Below, piece after piece: positions 1 to 12,600 of a stretch of 64,000 nt of DNA. Positions within the stretch are counted from its first letter, which is position 1. Every line of letters begins with the position of its first letter. The position numbers and the translations under genes were made by a program. The stretch is from Tubulanus polymorphus (taxonomy: Eukaryota > Animalia > Nemertea): positions 20,273,245-20,337,244 of the forward strand of contig NC_134028.1 of NCBI RefSeq assembly GCF_964204645.1, read 5' to 3'. Under the pieces are notes generated by a model. The model saw nothing but the letters and a program-made list of their open reading frames with translations, did no database searches and was not told where the DNA came from.

Positions 1-629
1 CAAAACTGACTGAGATGCCACCTAGTATGCTCTCAAGTCAAATTGAAATAGACATTTGTCCGGTATCACTCTATTCGGTAATCCGCCTCATCCGGTAAAA
101 TGTTGACTTCATTTCGGCCGTTTATTCAGCATCTAAAGTGGTAAACCGTAAGGGCACTTGACCAAAATTACAACGCTATCGACCTTCTATCTCTGTCGGT
201 GATTCATACTAGGCCCTATGTTACTACTTCATTGATCTGTAGTTTTCATTCATACGCAATCGCGTCAGGAGTGAACCAAAGCGAAGGAAAGTCTCGTGAA
301 ATGCATGAAATGCGAAGACTTTTATAGCAAGGACTTGTGTCTGAAATTTAATATAACGAAGCAAACCCGCAGCGATTCGCTAATATCTGATCGTATGAGA
401 TACTGAGGACCGCTGTTAGGTTCAATGATTCCATATTTTTATCCATTGATCGATTTTCGCGGTTCTTCAAATCAGTAACCGTTTAATTCGGTAAAAAATG
501 ATGGTTCCAACTTCACCCGATTAGGCGGAGTCTACTGTAGTGTCTCAAACATGGATGTACCCCCAACCTGGATGCACGTATCCCTCCCATGATGTCCGGT
601 TTTCATCTGTTTTTACTAATCAACTTTAG

Positions 630-3600
630 GGCTCTTTATTTTTGCAGCCGGGCTAAAAATTCCCTAAATCCCGTCGCGCGATCATCCGATTCGGAGAAAC
701 GCCGTCGCGATTTTAAATGCCCGCCATTAGTTCTCTGCTGCATTTGTCGTCGGGAACAACGATCTGAGAAATCCGATACGGTTGCGACAGTTACGTCGCC
801 CGTTGAAAGCGCGTCCGGTTATTTCGAACCGGAGCCCGATTACGACGAGGTAGTTTTAACGATATCCGTCCGCTTTCAGTCGTGTGATCGTTTAGTAACG
901 CCATCTATTGTCTATATTGTACGTTATATTTTACAAATTCTTACGTATCATAATTTTCAAATCGCATTTTTCTGATTCTGATTCTGTACCCAATCTTTGA
1001 AATAATCGAGTTTTTCCCTAACCATTGCTGTTCCACCATCAACATGATTAGATCTTATACTTCATTATCAAAATATTTCTTATGGTAATCAATGTTCTAT
1101 CACATTTTTAGGATTCCATTTAGTACATGCGGTTACACTACAGGCAGTAACTGGACTACCATATCGTCACTTTAAAAAGTCCATTCGAATCAACCCCGGT
1201 AGTTTAAACAGATTGCCACCCCCCCCCCAAAATCATTATTCAATATCAAAATCAACTGGTTTTATATTCATAAATGTTCTACTACAGTCACATTTTATTC
1301 CCTTTAATCAAGTTTGTTTTTCTCACAAATATCAAATATTTTTGGAACATTCTCTTCATTCTCTTCGCGTCATTTTGTCTCTTTTCTGATATGTAATCAA
1401 CATTTTCCATTTGTAAGATGTTTATATTCGATGAAATGGTGCCTTGCCGCCATCTTTAATTTGATATAATTTAATTCACCGTATGGAGATGTACCCATTT
1501 AATTCACCTATGGAAACACGATTCACTGATATTGCATGTCAATTTTTCATGTTATTCTGTGTTTTCAACAGGACAATTCTGTGAGGTAAAATAAAATTCA
1601 AATCCATGTTACTCCTTCCACTTCACATTACGACAATTCATTTCTACGTTTCGAATCGTTCCGATTCAAGATACGGAAATGAATTGTCTTGCAGTCAAAC
1701 CTCGCTTAAGTCGTCATCAAATGGTACGATAACCACACTCAAACGTGGTGAACAGATGATAAGATAAATCCCACAATTTACAAATTAAAAGAAATCTAAA
1801 ATCGAGAATTATTTATTGAAACAATCTAAAATATAAGAACACAACGTTTCGATCTCACACTAGAGATCATCGTCAGATGTGTGACTCATCTGATGACCAT
1901 GATCTGTAGTGTGAGATCGATACGCCGTGTTCTTATATTTTAGATTGTTTCAATAAATAAATTCTCGATTTTAGATTTCTTTTAATTTGTAAATAGTGGG
2001 TTTTTATCTTATCATCGTCATCAGATGAGACGTCATATTGTCGAGGTCGTGTTTATTTTTGAGACGGATTTTAGTCGGAATTTGGATAAGATGCCATCCA
2101 AGGCTTTAACAATGACAACTTAGGCTTCAGTTTGACTGTTTAAAGAGTATTTTTAGAAGCTTCGCTTTGGTTTTAATGTCATTCTGCTGAAACGGTGCTT
2201 TAGAGTAACCGATGCTTTTAACCGCTATGTAACCGAGTATAAACTGTCGCTTGTGGTGCTCGAAGTTTTCAACTCGTAGTTTTTGGGAACGGAGTACATT
2301 TGTCTAATTAGGGTCTTCCTGCCCGGTATAGGGCAAATTCCAGTTTGTACAATTTTGGTGGTTGAGTCTGTTCATTTTGCTCAAGTGATATGTGTTTTTG
2401 TTCTGTATTGGTTTAGTTTATTCAGCATCAGGCTACAACTAAAAAGATCTCGGATATTTAGATCTTTAACGCTTTTAATTTATTGAGTAAGTTACCCAAA
2501 GTGATCAAACTTTTGAATCTGTGGCCACCTGACGTACCTACGTATAGGTTTTGATTGGTCTTATGTCACCTGATCCACCCCTAGGGTTAGTCCGTATCCG
2601 TACAAACTAACCCTGGGTTTAGTCAGCTATTGTAACCCTAGCTGCATCAGTTCCAGGCCAGTGTACTTAACCCTAGGGTTAGCCCATTGCTGGTCATTGC
2701 TGACCCATTGCTACCATCCGTAGGGTTATTGAGTAACCCCAGGCTCATTCCATCAGTGTGGAGGCGGTATAGTTAGGGTTACACTAGCTGACTAACCCTA
2801 GGATTAGACCATCAATCAACTTGATCAATCACACGATACAACCTGACCACACTTGCTAGAATTACCCTCTCTTGAAGAAGTCAACATCTTGGCTTAGATC
2901 CAAAAGAGAAACCCAAATTTTTTAACTAAGAGTTAAACATATGTATAGTTATTTGAAAATGTTAATTACCTATGTAAATATTGATTTACATATTAAGTGG
3001 ATGTGATTAATAAAACTAAACTGATGGCAGAGTGGCCACTGACCCGGAAAACCTGGAAACTTAGGGAATAAGAGAAATCAAGAAAAAATCAGGGAATTTG
3101 ACAAGTTCAAATTTCTCTGATTCACTCACTGAAATTTTGTGTAATCACATGGAAAAAATCAGGGAAAACTCAAGGGATTTGTGAATGGGCAGAAAGTGGC
3201 CGGCCTGTATAGCTCAACTCATATTCCCCTGTTCAGAATTAACAAATGACGTTTTTTTAGTGAACAAGAGTGGAAAGAAATATATTCTAATTCTTGATCC
3301 TATTTCTATTAGTCAGAGAATCCGAAATCATTCACCAGGTGAAATAATAGAAACTACGTTCATGTTTATGAACGTTCCCGGCCAATCAGGTTAGGTTTAT
3401 GATAATCTCCCGAAGCGTGAGCGTTCATTCGATTCATAACAATCAATATCAAATCATTTCAATAATACTGATTAATCGTGATTTATTTTATTAGTTAATT
3501 GAACGTACTGAATTTTAAGTGATTTCTTCCTGTAAATTCGTAATTATGATTTTTGTTATTTATCACATCATGAAATCAAAGAATCATTTGTCAGATCTAA

Positions 3601-6380
3601 TCAAATACAGTGGACTATGTTTCTTGCTTGTATTTGGACCAAATCTAGCCAGGGAAGGATCCAGCGTGCCCCTGTATTTTTTGGTGAGGAAAGAATTTTT
3701 TCACTATTGTCAGAGCCACTATATACACTGTGTACAAAAAGCTAGTTTGCTGTAGCCACAAATTTGAATTGCAAGAAGGAGGATTGACCGAATCTTCTTC
3801 ATCTAATGAATTATTTTCCTTCTTAATGCATGAATGACTATGCTCAGAATGCACCCCATTGAGCATCTATTATTCCAAAGTTCTCTAGGGGAGGGCGCCA
3901 AACCCCCCAATCAAATACAGTGGACTATGTTTCTTGCTTGTATTTGGACCAAACCTAGCCAGGGAAGGACCCAGCGTGCCCCTGTATTTTTTGGTGAGGA
4001 AAGAATTTTTTCACTATTGTCAGAGCCACTATATACAATGTGTACAAAAAGCTAGTTTGCGCCGAACCCCCCCCCCCCCCCCCATGGCTTAGTGCCTCTC
4101 GGTGCGGAATGGCTTGCCATTCAAGTAGCGCCTAAATGCTTACATTTGCGCACCCTTTTTCAAAATGCTGGGTCTGCCCCTGCTAGTAAGAGTTTGTGCG
4201 ATACACTAGTAAACTGAGTCTCCACTGAGATTGGATGGAATGAATACCCCGCGAAAGTTTTAAGAAATTGACTTGATTAATAGCATTTTACATCTGTATT
4301 AATCCAATAAGTAATAATAAATGATTTACAATGAGAGAATGGCGTTTTAATGAACCTAAACTGTGGTGGTATTTACAGATATTATATATTTTGGTATAGG
4401 CAGTGATAGATGGTTTGAAATAGGTGAAACTAAGGTTTAGAAGGTAACTCCTATATTGAATAGATCCTGCAATCAATGAACAATCATTACGAATTCATTA
4501 AAAATTTTTTTTGAATATTAGCTTTTCCGTAATTTAGGGATCGAGGGGTCTAAATGAATAAAAAAGCCTGATTTAGTGTTTGCCTCCCTATAGACTCCTA
4601 TGATACGTAACCTGCTGCATGTTTCTAGTTTAGAATTTAACTGTTTTATATCTTATATTTTATGAATTAATCGTTTGCTTATTAATGACCGCTTGCTTGG
4701 GTTACATTTATCAAAGCAGTTTCCTAAAAGAAATCAAAATTCACCTTAATTTCTGGTAAGTCAAACAGTAGACTGCGCGCTTGCCTCGAAGCAGATTGTC
4801 GCTGTTTATCGTGTGCCAGGGTAACCAAGTACTAACAATTTTCCTACTCCAATTCATGTCATGAGAACCCATATCATCGCTCCGACTGCCCCCGAAGCAA
4901 GCGCAGACTACATCATTTTCGAAATGTCCAAACAAGAGTTATTGGCTATTCCGGGATAAACTTCTTTTGAAAATCGCACGGAGTTGATAATAATGTGAAA
5001 ATATACCCTACATACCAGGCACGGATCCAGGATTTTTTCCAGGAGGGGGTTCACAAAAAATATTAATGTTAAACTTCCGACTAATATCTCTAATGATAGG
5101 GGGCCTATATGGCATATTGTTTGGCCAAACATTAGCTGATATGGTACCGATTACCTGGCACTGTCCGCCCGCTTTGTCTTGAGTACGTTTCTTCAAGAAA
5201 ACAATTTTTTGGTAGCTGAGCAGGGTCACGACCTGAACTCCACCCCTCTGGATCCGCGCCTGCATACGGGTCAAAATATCTAATATATAAGTATTTTAGA
5301 TTCTTATTTTAAGATTTGTCTATGGGTATTTCATTGTTATGTTAACTCGGGGCCAGTTATATAGACCGGTATCAACTTTAACCCGGTGTTTAACTCGATT
5401 GAAAGTGAATTAAGTTAATCCCCGGGTTAAAGTTAACAACGGTCTATAAAACGGCACTTAGGTTTATATTATTTATTCATTCATCGAAACTGCTCTGAGT
5501 TTTTAAATCCGTGTCTCTATCATAGTTCTCTCAGTAGTGGCTTATCTACGAATTTTAGCCTCTTTCCGTGTTGTTTCAATTCCCAAGTAAAGTGTAAATT
5601 CCGTACAAAATTCCACATTAATTCATGCCTCAAAACTAAGATTTACTCAAGTGTTGAACCCGAGTGAGATTACATTATAATTCCAAGCATGAACGAAATG
5701 GAGGCATTTTAGAATATTAGAATATTGGAAATAAAAAAAAGATGTTTTTTGTAAAAAGTGAAAAAGCTGGCACCTTGAAAATATTCGATTCTGCTTTAAT
5801 TGATATATTTTTTATGAATCATTTTTTTAGCTATGCCAGAAATAAACTGTTAGCAAAACGGCAAAGTTTCGAAACGCAAGAAATTCGAATGGACCTCGAA
5901 CACGATTACTACGAGACGTCCACCGATCCGGCCCCGCTGTCGACAACGCCACCTATGTACGCGATCGCTAAGGCGAAAATACCGAAGGATAAAAAACGAT
6001 CGAAAGTAGCTTTTAAAGACGACACCGGGCGGCGCCCTGAGCACCCGGTCCAGACGCGAGCCGAGGCTCAAGGCGTAGTGGAAGATTATACTTACGAGAA
6101 TCCTAGTTTTACCGATAATTCGGGTTTGATTACCGCCGGATGTTCGGGGACTCCTAAAACCCAATCAGCACCCCCTATACCACCTGTCGATTATGATAAT
6201 TCAGTGAGTGATTCACCATTGAACTCATCACAAGGCTTAGGAGGGTGTTCTACGGACCACAGGCCCCCACCAAGTCCTAATCATATGCCTAATTCACAGA
6301 GTATATTTCAGCCTGCTATTATTCACAGTAGCACTACAGGTATTAATATTGAACTAGATGAAGGTATTACCCATCTCTAG
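630..6380 (+). CDS. 3' part of an unidentified gene (5' end outside the window); exons ~630-849, 1572-1585 (microexon), 5831-6380; resembles the cytoplasmic tail of a membrane or adaptor protein
   Basis: Acceptor tttag at 625-629 (same-phase alternative tgcag at 643-647) and donor GAG|GTAG after 849 (phase 0). Microexon caacag|GACAATTCTGTGAG|gtaaaa. Acceptor atttttttag|C at 5831 needs phase 2. Product has CCIC, EPEPDYDE, YENPSF and PPIPP, and ends -ITHL*. No family recognised. Confidence 0.65.
1724..2014 (-). mobile_element. Palindromic non-coding Penelope-like element carrying hammerhead motifs (copy 1)
   Basis: ~125-bp inverted arms (~1755-1879 / 1887-2016) plus a ~30-nt unique tail. Flanked by TCGTCATCAAATG (1711-1723) and TCGTCATCAGATG (2015-2027). 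Confidence 0.65.
1838..1882 (-). ncRNA. Minimal type I hammerhead ribozyme motif (Penelope-type)
   Basis: Minus strand reads ACAT-CTGACGA-T-GATCTC-TAGTGT-GAGATC-GAAA-CGTT-GTGT: core CUGANGA and GAAA boxes, a perfect 6-bp stem II, palindromic ACGT stem III and a short stem I. Confidence 0.65.
2560..2810. repeat. Palindromic AACCCTAGGGTT-motif repeat, probable MITE remnant
   Basis: Recurrent AACCCTAG/CTAGGGTT motifs; outer parts are inverted (gattggtc...ctagggttagtc vs gactaaccctagg...gaccatcaatc). Confidence 0.4.
3599..4060. repeat. ~150-bp near-identical direct duplication (3599-3750 and 3909-4060)
   Basis: AATCAAATACAGTGGACTATG...AAAAAGCTAGTTTGC occurs twice with only a few substitutions. 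Confidence 0.85.
5016..5262. mobile_element. Short TIR element (MITE)
   Basis: Ends CAGGCACGGATCCAG and CTGGATCCGCGCCTG are inverted repeats. Related GGATC-type ends occur at ~29927 and ~39375. Confidence 0.5.
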
Positions 6381-6922
6381 ATATTTCAGGGTTCAAAACC
6401 ACGCCCTGTGAATGGAGGTATTCATGCCCTTGATTCAGTTGGCTCAGATGCAAAAAGTCTTTTAAAGTTGTTACATTTGGCTATACAACCAAGATGAGCT
6501 TAGAGACTGGTCTTCGTCGTTAGATAGACTATGAAACCAAATTGGGCTTTGACTTGTCTCAAGTTGTAGAACAACCAAGATGGGCTAAGACTGGTCCAAA
6601 CAGTTTAAGCCTTGGCGGTGCAACTGAACCATAATGCCATAATATTAAGGATTTCATCTAATCTACAATTTATGATTACTCTTTTCAGTTCTGCGTATAA
6701 AATGTATTTATCACAATTTGTTACATACTTTTTCTTGTCACTTTTAAATTATTTCGCATGTCATTCGTTACAAGTTATAAGTTGATGTATTTTAAACATA
6801 CAGAAACATTCCAGATTTTGATCTCACTTTTTTCCGTGTCTTAAACTTGTAAAAAAAGTGTATTGTTAACGTCTTGTATATATATATACATAGAGTGTAG
6901 ATTCAGCCATTTTATTTGTAAT

Positions 6923-7103
6923 AGGGGTCATTATTATTTTATTTTTATTATTTATTATGTACGCATTAGGGGAGGGGAAGGGGTCAGTGCAATTGCGTCC
7001 TGTAATGCATAATGTATATGAAAAAATGGCCGATTTTGCGTACAGAGGGGGAGGGGGTTGAAAAATTCAAATCTTATACGTACGTAATAAATGAATGATC
7101 CCA
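6923..7103. mobile_element. MITE, copy 1 (a second copy in the opposite orientation lies at 28365-28529)
   Basis: GGGGTCATT...TTATTATGTACGCATTAGGGGAGGGG...TACGTAATAAATGAATGATCCC matches the reverse complement of 28365-28529. Confidence 0.7.
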
Positions 7104-7537
7104 TACCAGTAATCTGTTAGTTATTTGTCCAATGTGAATATATTCAAATTAAAGATCTGATTTTATTCCTAACTTTACAACTATATTTATTCATATATGT
7201 ATTTAATGACCATGATATTCTATCGATGAAAGATGTAAATAGTATTGAAATTGTTTAAAGTTATAGAAATGAATTATGGATCTGTAAAAATTTTATATGA
7301 AGCTGCATTTTTATAATAATCATGCGTTTTATTAAAACATATTTTACAAATAAAATTGAAATAATGAATCCATGAGTGAAATTGTTGTATGGGTTTATCT
7401 AAAGAATCTGAGGATCAATATAAATTGTGTTTTACATAGTTATCTTTAATCAACTGCATCACGTTTATATATTTATAATTATATTATATGGTAGACTACT
7501 TCTAAATCGGTACTCCTGTTTACATCAATAACTGTTA

Positions 7538-7732
7538 ATAAGATAAAAACTCACTATCTACAGATTACGATAATTTAAAAACAAGAATTTATTTATTCAA
7601 TCTAAAATATAAAGAATACACGACTTTTCGATCTCACCCTAGAGATCATCGTCAGGTGTCACACCTGACAATGATCTAAACCAGTTTTTATCTTATTATC
7701 CGTTCACCATGTTTCAGTGTGGTTATCGTTCT
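7538..7732 (+). mobile_element. Palindromic hammerhead-bearing Penelope-like element (copy 2, right arm mostly deleted)
   Basis: Homologous to 1724-2014, with the tail on the opposite side. Flanked by ATCAATAACTGTTA (7524-7537) and ATCAGTAACTGTTA (7733-7746). Minus-strand motif CAC-CTGACGA-T-GATCTC-TAGGGT-GAGATC-GAAAA-GTC-GTG at ~7618-7660. Confidence 0.6.
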
Positions 7733-9677
7733 ATCAGTAACTGTTACTTGATAGGGTACCATAACAAAAACATCCTCCAAGTTCTAACTGTACTGATTTA
7801 GGCATTGTATTACAACTTAAAGAGCATCTAATTGCCCATTTCTCAATGTTTTCTCAGAGTTTGAAAGGAATTTCTGAATTTTGCTCAAAATAAAGGAGTT
7901 CTAAGCCTCTACAAATGCATTTTCCGTTGGGAAGCAGTTAAGGAATCAAGGAGTTGTAGGGACCCTACCTTAGTTACACTACAATAGTATCATCTTTACC
8001 TATTGTAATATAGTTTATGAGAGACAGAAATTATAAATAGGGATTACTGTTGGTCGCAGGAATTTGTGATCAACAGGACCTGTGTTTCGAGTGGGCAGTG
8101 ATGGAAACCAGACAAGACCCACCTAGAGAGGGACAAAGGGGGTCGCACCAGAGATCTTGTAGAGGCAATATGTATTTAAGAGAGCCTTGACATTTTTGTA
8201 AGAATACATACTACATCGTCAAGTATAAAATATATCGAAATAGATCTTACTAAGAATGGAGTATTATTACGAGAAAGGCAACTAACATCTAACAAATGGA
8301 CCGAGGACATCGAGGATCCCTATTTGCCAAAGAAACCCCAGCCAAACACGACACTATTAAAAACATCCGTATTTCCATTCCTCTGAGTTGCTATTCAACT
8401 TCCCGATTTATCCAGAACATTCACACAGATAATTCCATACAAGCGAAATAGAATCAAATCAGAAAAGAACTAGTTAAGACAATGAATTTTTATCTATTAT
8501 GATATTCATTTTATTAGATTAAATTTGAACACATTTTATCTAATGTAACAGTCTCTCACACATTCACTGATTTTTCAGTACTAGTTGCTGCCTGTTTCAA
8601 AACTCTATATGATAAAACAAATCACTTAAGATATGTAGAAAATCACTATTGATTTATATACACTATTTAACCCTGGAGTATATACATGTTGTTCCACAGC
8701 CGAGAGATAAGTCCTAACATTCTTTATCTATTAGATTGGCTATAGAACCAAAATGAGCTTAGACTCACTGGTCTTAAGCTGCCTAAAATTGGCTATAGAA
8801 TGACGGTAAAATCAAGGTAAAATCCAAGTTCATCACGGTACCGAATAGCTCATTTGCTGTATATTACATGCATTACAAGTTTGTGTTATTTTGCAGTTAT
8901 AGTAAAGGCTTTCATATGATGTAAGATTTGATGAGGTGGGCCACCAAAATAGTGTCCTTTTGGCCCCCGAAATTCACCAAAAGTTACTTGGATTTGAAGT
9001 TAGCGCTCAGATGTGTCATGTTCATACTCGAAAAACTCGAGAAATTGAAATAGGAGGAAGTTGATTTCTATCAGGTATTTCGAGGACTTGGGTGTCTAGT
9101 TTATCATAAGCTATTGGGTTCGAATCCCACTATAACCGTTTTCGTGCGGCATACGAAAAAAGTGCCGGGGCAGATTCGGGCGGCTTGAGGAGTAATAAGC
9201 AGGGCAGATACGGGCAGCTTGTGTGCTAATGGGTAAAATCGGTTGTAAGCTGTCTTAGGCTGGCTATAGAATAAAAATCAATTAGACTGGTCTTAGATTG
9301 GCTATGGAATCAAAATGAGCGCGGACTGGTCTTCGAATCAAAGCAGTGATTGCGACGTAAACTGGGCCTGGTTTTATCGATTGGTTAAAAAACTATAACA
9401 CAGGACCCAGTTCCACAGTTCTGAGTTACGTAAGATTTCGCTCAAAGAGTTTACTCATTGAAAACTCAAACTCACAACTGTGGAACTGCTGGTAGTCTTT
9501 TAAGTTAACCCCTGAGAGGAAGATTGTCATAGGAGTTACAACTCTGAAACCTTTGTCATTATACGTAAATGTAGGCCTATTAGAAAGTTAACATTTGACA
9601 ATACACACGAGCTATTATCGTATTTCATATTAGAGCTATAGTTAAGTATATTCGTTATAAGACGACGGCAATTTCTA

Positions 9678-12600
9678 TCAAGTTTTCTCTACTGGTACCA
9701 GTAATTGTGTCTCTTTCTCCGTATTTTTTTCATCGTTCTTATTTTTCTTACTAATAAACATCAGCAGCAGCAGAGCGGGAATATGAATCAGACTGAATCG
9801 GAAAAGTTTACGCGACGTTCCGCTGTCCGCTCGTTTATAAAACCTCCACGCTAGGTAACTGCAATACAGATTCAGCGGTAGAGAGTCGACCGCGAACGTC
9901 CACGTCGTCACGTCTAATACCGGCGCCAGGCAACATAATCCTATTAATCCGACGCTGTGTCGCAACGCGACGCGTTTACATAATCCGGGATTAACTACCG
10001 ACATCATCTGATACCCGGCTCTCGAATAATCCGGGCGTAAATTCCAACTCAACGCGTTGAAATGAGGAAACTGCCAACTGTAGAGAATAGCACCGAGTAA
10101 CAGAGCCCCTGAAAATAAACAATCGCTAAATCAGTAGTTAGAATACTTACTAGATGTATTAGAAACTGTCTATTGGGGGATTAAGGGTAACAATGGGGTG
10201 TTGCACTAGAGGTGTAATCTATGGTATTTAGTCATTTTATCAGTCCAACCCGTCAGATCCTGGTATTCACTTTAGGGGGCTGTGAGGAGATACAAGGGTA
10301 GAGAAGTCACACTGGTATGTGTGGAAGGTACATAAAGAGTGGTTGTGGAGGAGTTGTATGAGTGGGGAGAGTGTGTTTAGGTTGAAGGTGAGTATATGGG
10401 GGTTAGTGTAGGAAGGGGTTTATTGAAGGGAGGTGTAAACGTAGGAAGACACGTGTAGGAAGGGGGTGTTAGTATGAGGGGGGTTAGAGTGGGTGTTACG
10501 GAAAGGAAGGGGGTGTTAGTGTAGGGATTGGGTGTTACTGAAAGGGAGCGGTGTTAGTGTAGGGAGTGGTTGTTAGTATAAGGGGTGTTAGTGTAGGGAG
10601 TGGGTGTTACTGAAAGGGAGGGAGTGTTAGTGTAGGGAATGGGTGTTACTGAAAGGGAGGGGGTGTTAGTGTAGGGAGTGGGTGCTGCTGAAAGGGAGGG
10701 AGTGTTAGTGTAGGGAGTTGAGTAGGTGTTACTGAAAGACTGAAAGGGAGGGAGTGTTAGTGTAGGGAGTCGAGTAGGTGTTACTGAAAGACTGAAAGAG
10801 AGGGAGTGTTAGTGTAGGGAGGGGATGTTGCTGAAAGGGAGGGAGTGTTAGAGTAGGGAGTGGGTGTTACTGGAAGGGAGGGAGTGTTAAGTGTAGGGAG
10901 TCGGTGTTGCTGAAAGGGAGGGAGTGTTAGTGTTGGGAGGGGGTGTTACTGAAAAGGGAGGGAGTGTTAGTGTTGGGAGTCGGTGTTGCTGAAAGGGAGG
11001 GAGTGTTAGTGTTGGGAGGGGGCGTTACTGAAAGGGAGGGAGTGTTAGAGTAGGGAGCGGGTGTTACTGAAAGGGAGGGAGTGTTAGTGTAGGGAGCGGG
11101 TGTTAGTATAAGGGTGTTAGAATAGGGAGTGGGTGTTACTGAAAGGGAGGGAGTGTTAGTGTAGGGAGTGGGTGTTAGTATAAGGGTGTTAGAATAGGGA
11201 GTGGGTGTTACTGAAAGGGAGGGAGTGTTAGTGTAGGGAGTGGGTGTTAGTATAAGGGGTGTTAGAGTAGGGAGCGGGTGTTACTGAAAGGGAGGGAGTG
11301 TAAGTGTAGGGAGTGGGTGTTAGTATGAGGGGTGATAGAGTAGGGAGCGGGTGTTCCTGAAAGGGAGGGAGTGTTAGTGTAGGGAGTGGGTGTTAGTATA
11401 AGGGGTGTTAGAATAGGGAGTGGGTGTTACTGAAAGGGAGGGAGTGTTAGTGTAGGGAGTGGGTGTTACTGAAAGGGAGGGAGTGTTAGTGTAGGGAGTG
11501 GGTGTTACTGAAAGGGAGGGAGTGTTAGTGTAGGGAGTGGGTGTTAGTATAAGGGGTGTTAGAATAGGGAGTGGGTGTTACTGAAAGGGAGGGAGTGTTA
11601 GTGTAGGGAGTGAGTGTTACTAAAAGGGAGGGAGTGTTAGCGTAAGGAGGATGTATTCATTACCTGCATCCAGTGATCCGGTACATGCAGTCCAGCCGAT
11701 CATTGGAGGAACTGCTCCAACTAACGCTCCGATCCATGTGTTCACTATGTGTGACCTCTTCATCGGAGTATAAATGAACGAATATAAACCGTAATTAAAT
11801 AATCCTAGACTAGCTGTCAATGGGTTTAATCCTAGGTATAATGTAGTTAATCCTAGAGTACCGCAAATCCCAGCGAATGTAACAGCGTGAAGAGGACTGA
11901 AAATAAACATAGATAAATATAGAATACTAACCCAGTGATTGATAGCAGGGTGGGGTGAATATTCAGTGATTGATAGCAGGGTGGGGTGAATATTCAGTGA
12001 TTGACAGCAGGGGTGGGGTGAATATTCAGTGATTGATAGCAGGGTGGGGTGAATATTCAGTGATTGACAGCAGGGTGGGGTGAATATTCAGTGATTGATA
12101 GCAGGGTGGGGTGAATATTCAGTGATTGACAGCAGGGTGGGGTGAATATTCAGTGATTGACAGCGGGGGTGGGGTGAATATTCAGTGATTGAAAGCAGGG
12201 TGGGGTGAATATTCAGTGATTGATAGAGGGGGCGGGGTAAATACTCAGTCATGAACAGCAGGGGTGGGGTGAATATTCAGTGATTGATAGAGGGGTGGGG
12301 TGAATATTCAGTGATTGACAGCGGGGGTGGGTGAATATTCAGTGATTGATAGCGGGGGTGGGGGTGAATATTCAGTGATTGACAGCGGGGGTGGGTGAAT
12401 ATTCAGTGATAAACAGCAGGGGTGGGGTAAATATTCAGTGATAAACAGCAGGGGTGGGGTGAATATTCAGTGATTGATAGCGGAGGTGGGGGTGAATATT
12501 CAGTGATTGACAGCGGGGTGGGTGAATATTCAGTGATAAACAGCAGGGGTGGGGTGAATATTCAGTGATAAACAGCAGGGGTGGGGTGAATATTCAGTGA

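Larger units (their letters stand above)
1692..2137. mobile_element. Small non-autonomous TIR element (Tc1/mariner-like MITE) interrupted by the palindromic hammerhead element
   Basis: Ends CAGTCAAACCTCGCTTAAGTCGTCAT and ATGACAACTTAGGCTTCAGTTTGACTG are imperfect inverted repeats. Confidence 0.5.

Noticed and set aside
9080-9135. tRNA-like boxes (GGTTCGAATCCC here; also ~37113-37145 and ~55195-55230)
   Set aside because: No complete cloverleaf can be built; probably SINE heads.
10460-11645. Interstitial telomere (TAGGG-like motifs)
   Set aside because: No tandem TTAGGG or TTAGG; the motif is part of a 39-bp unit.
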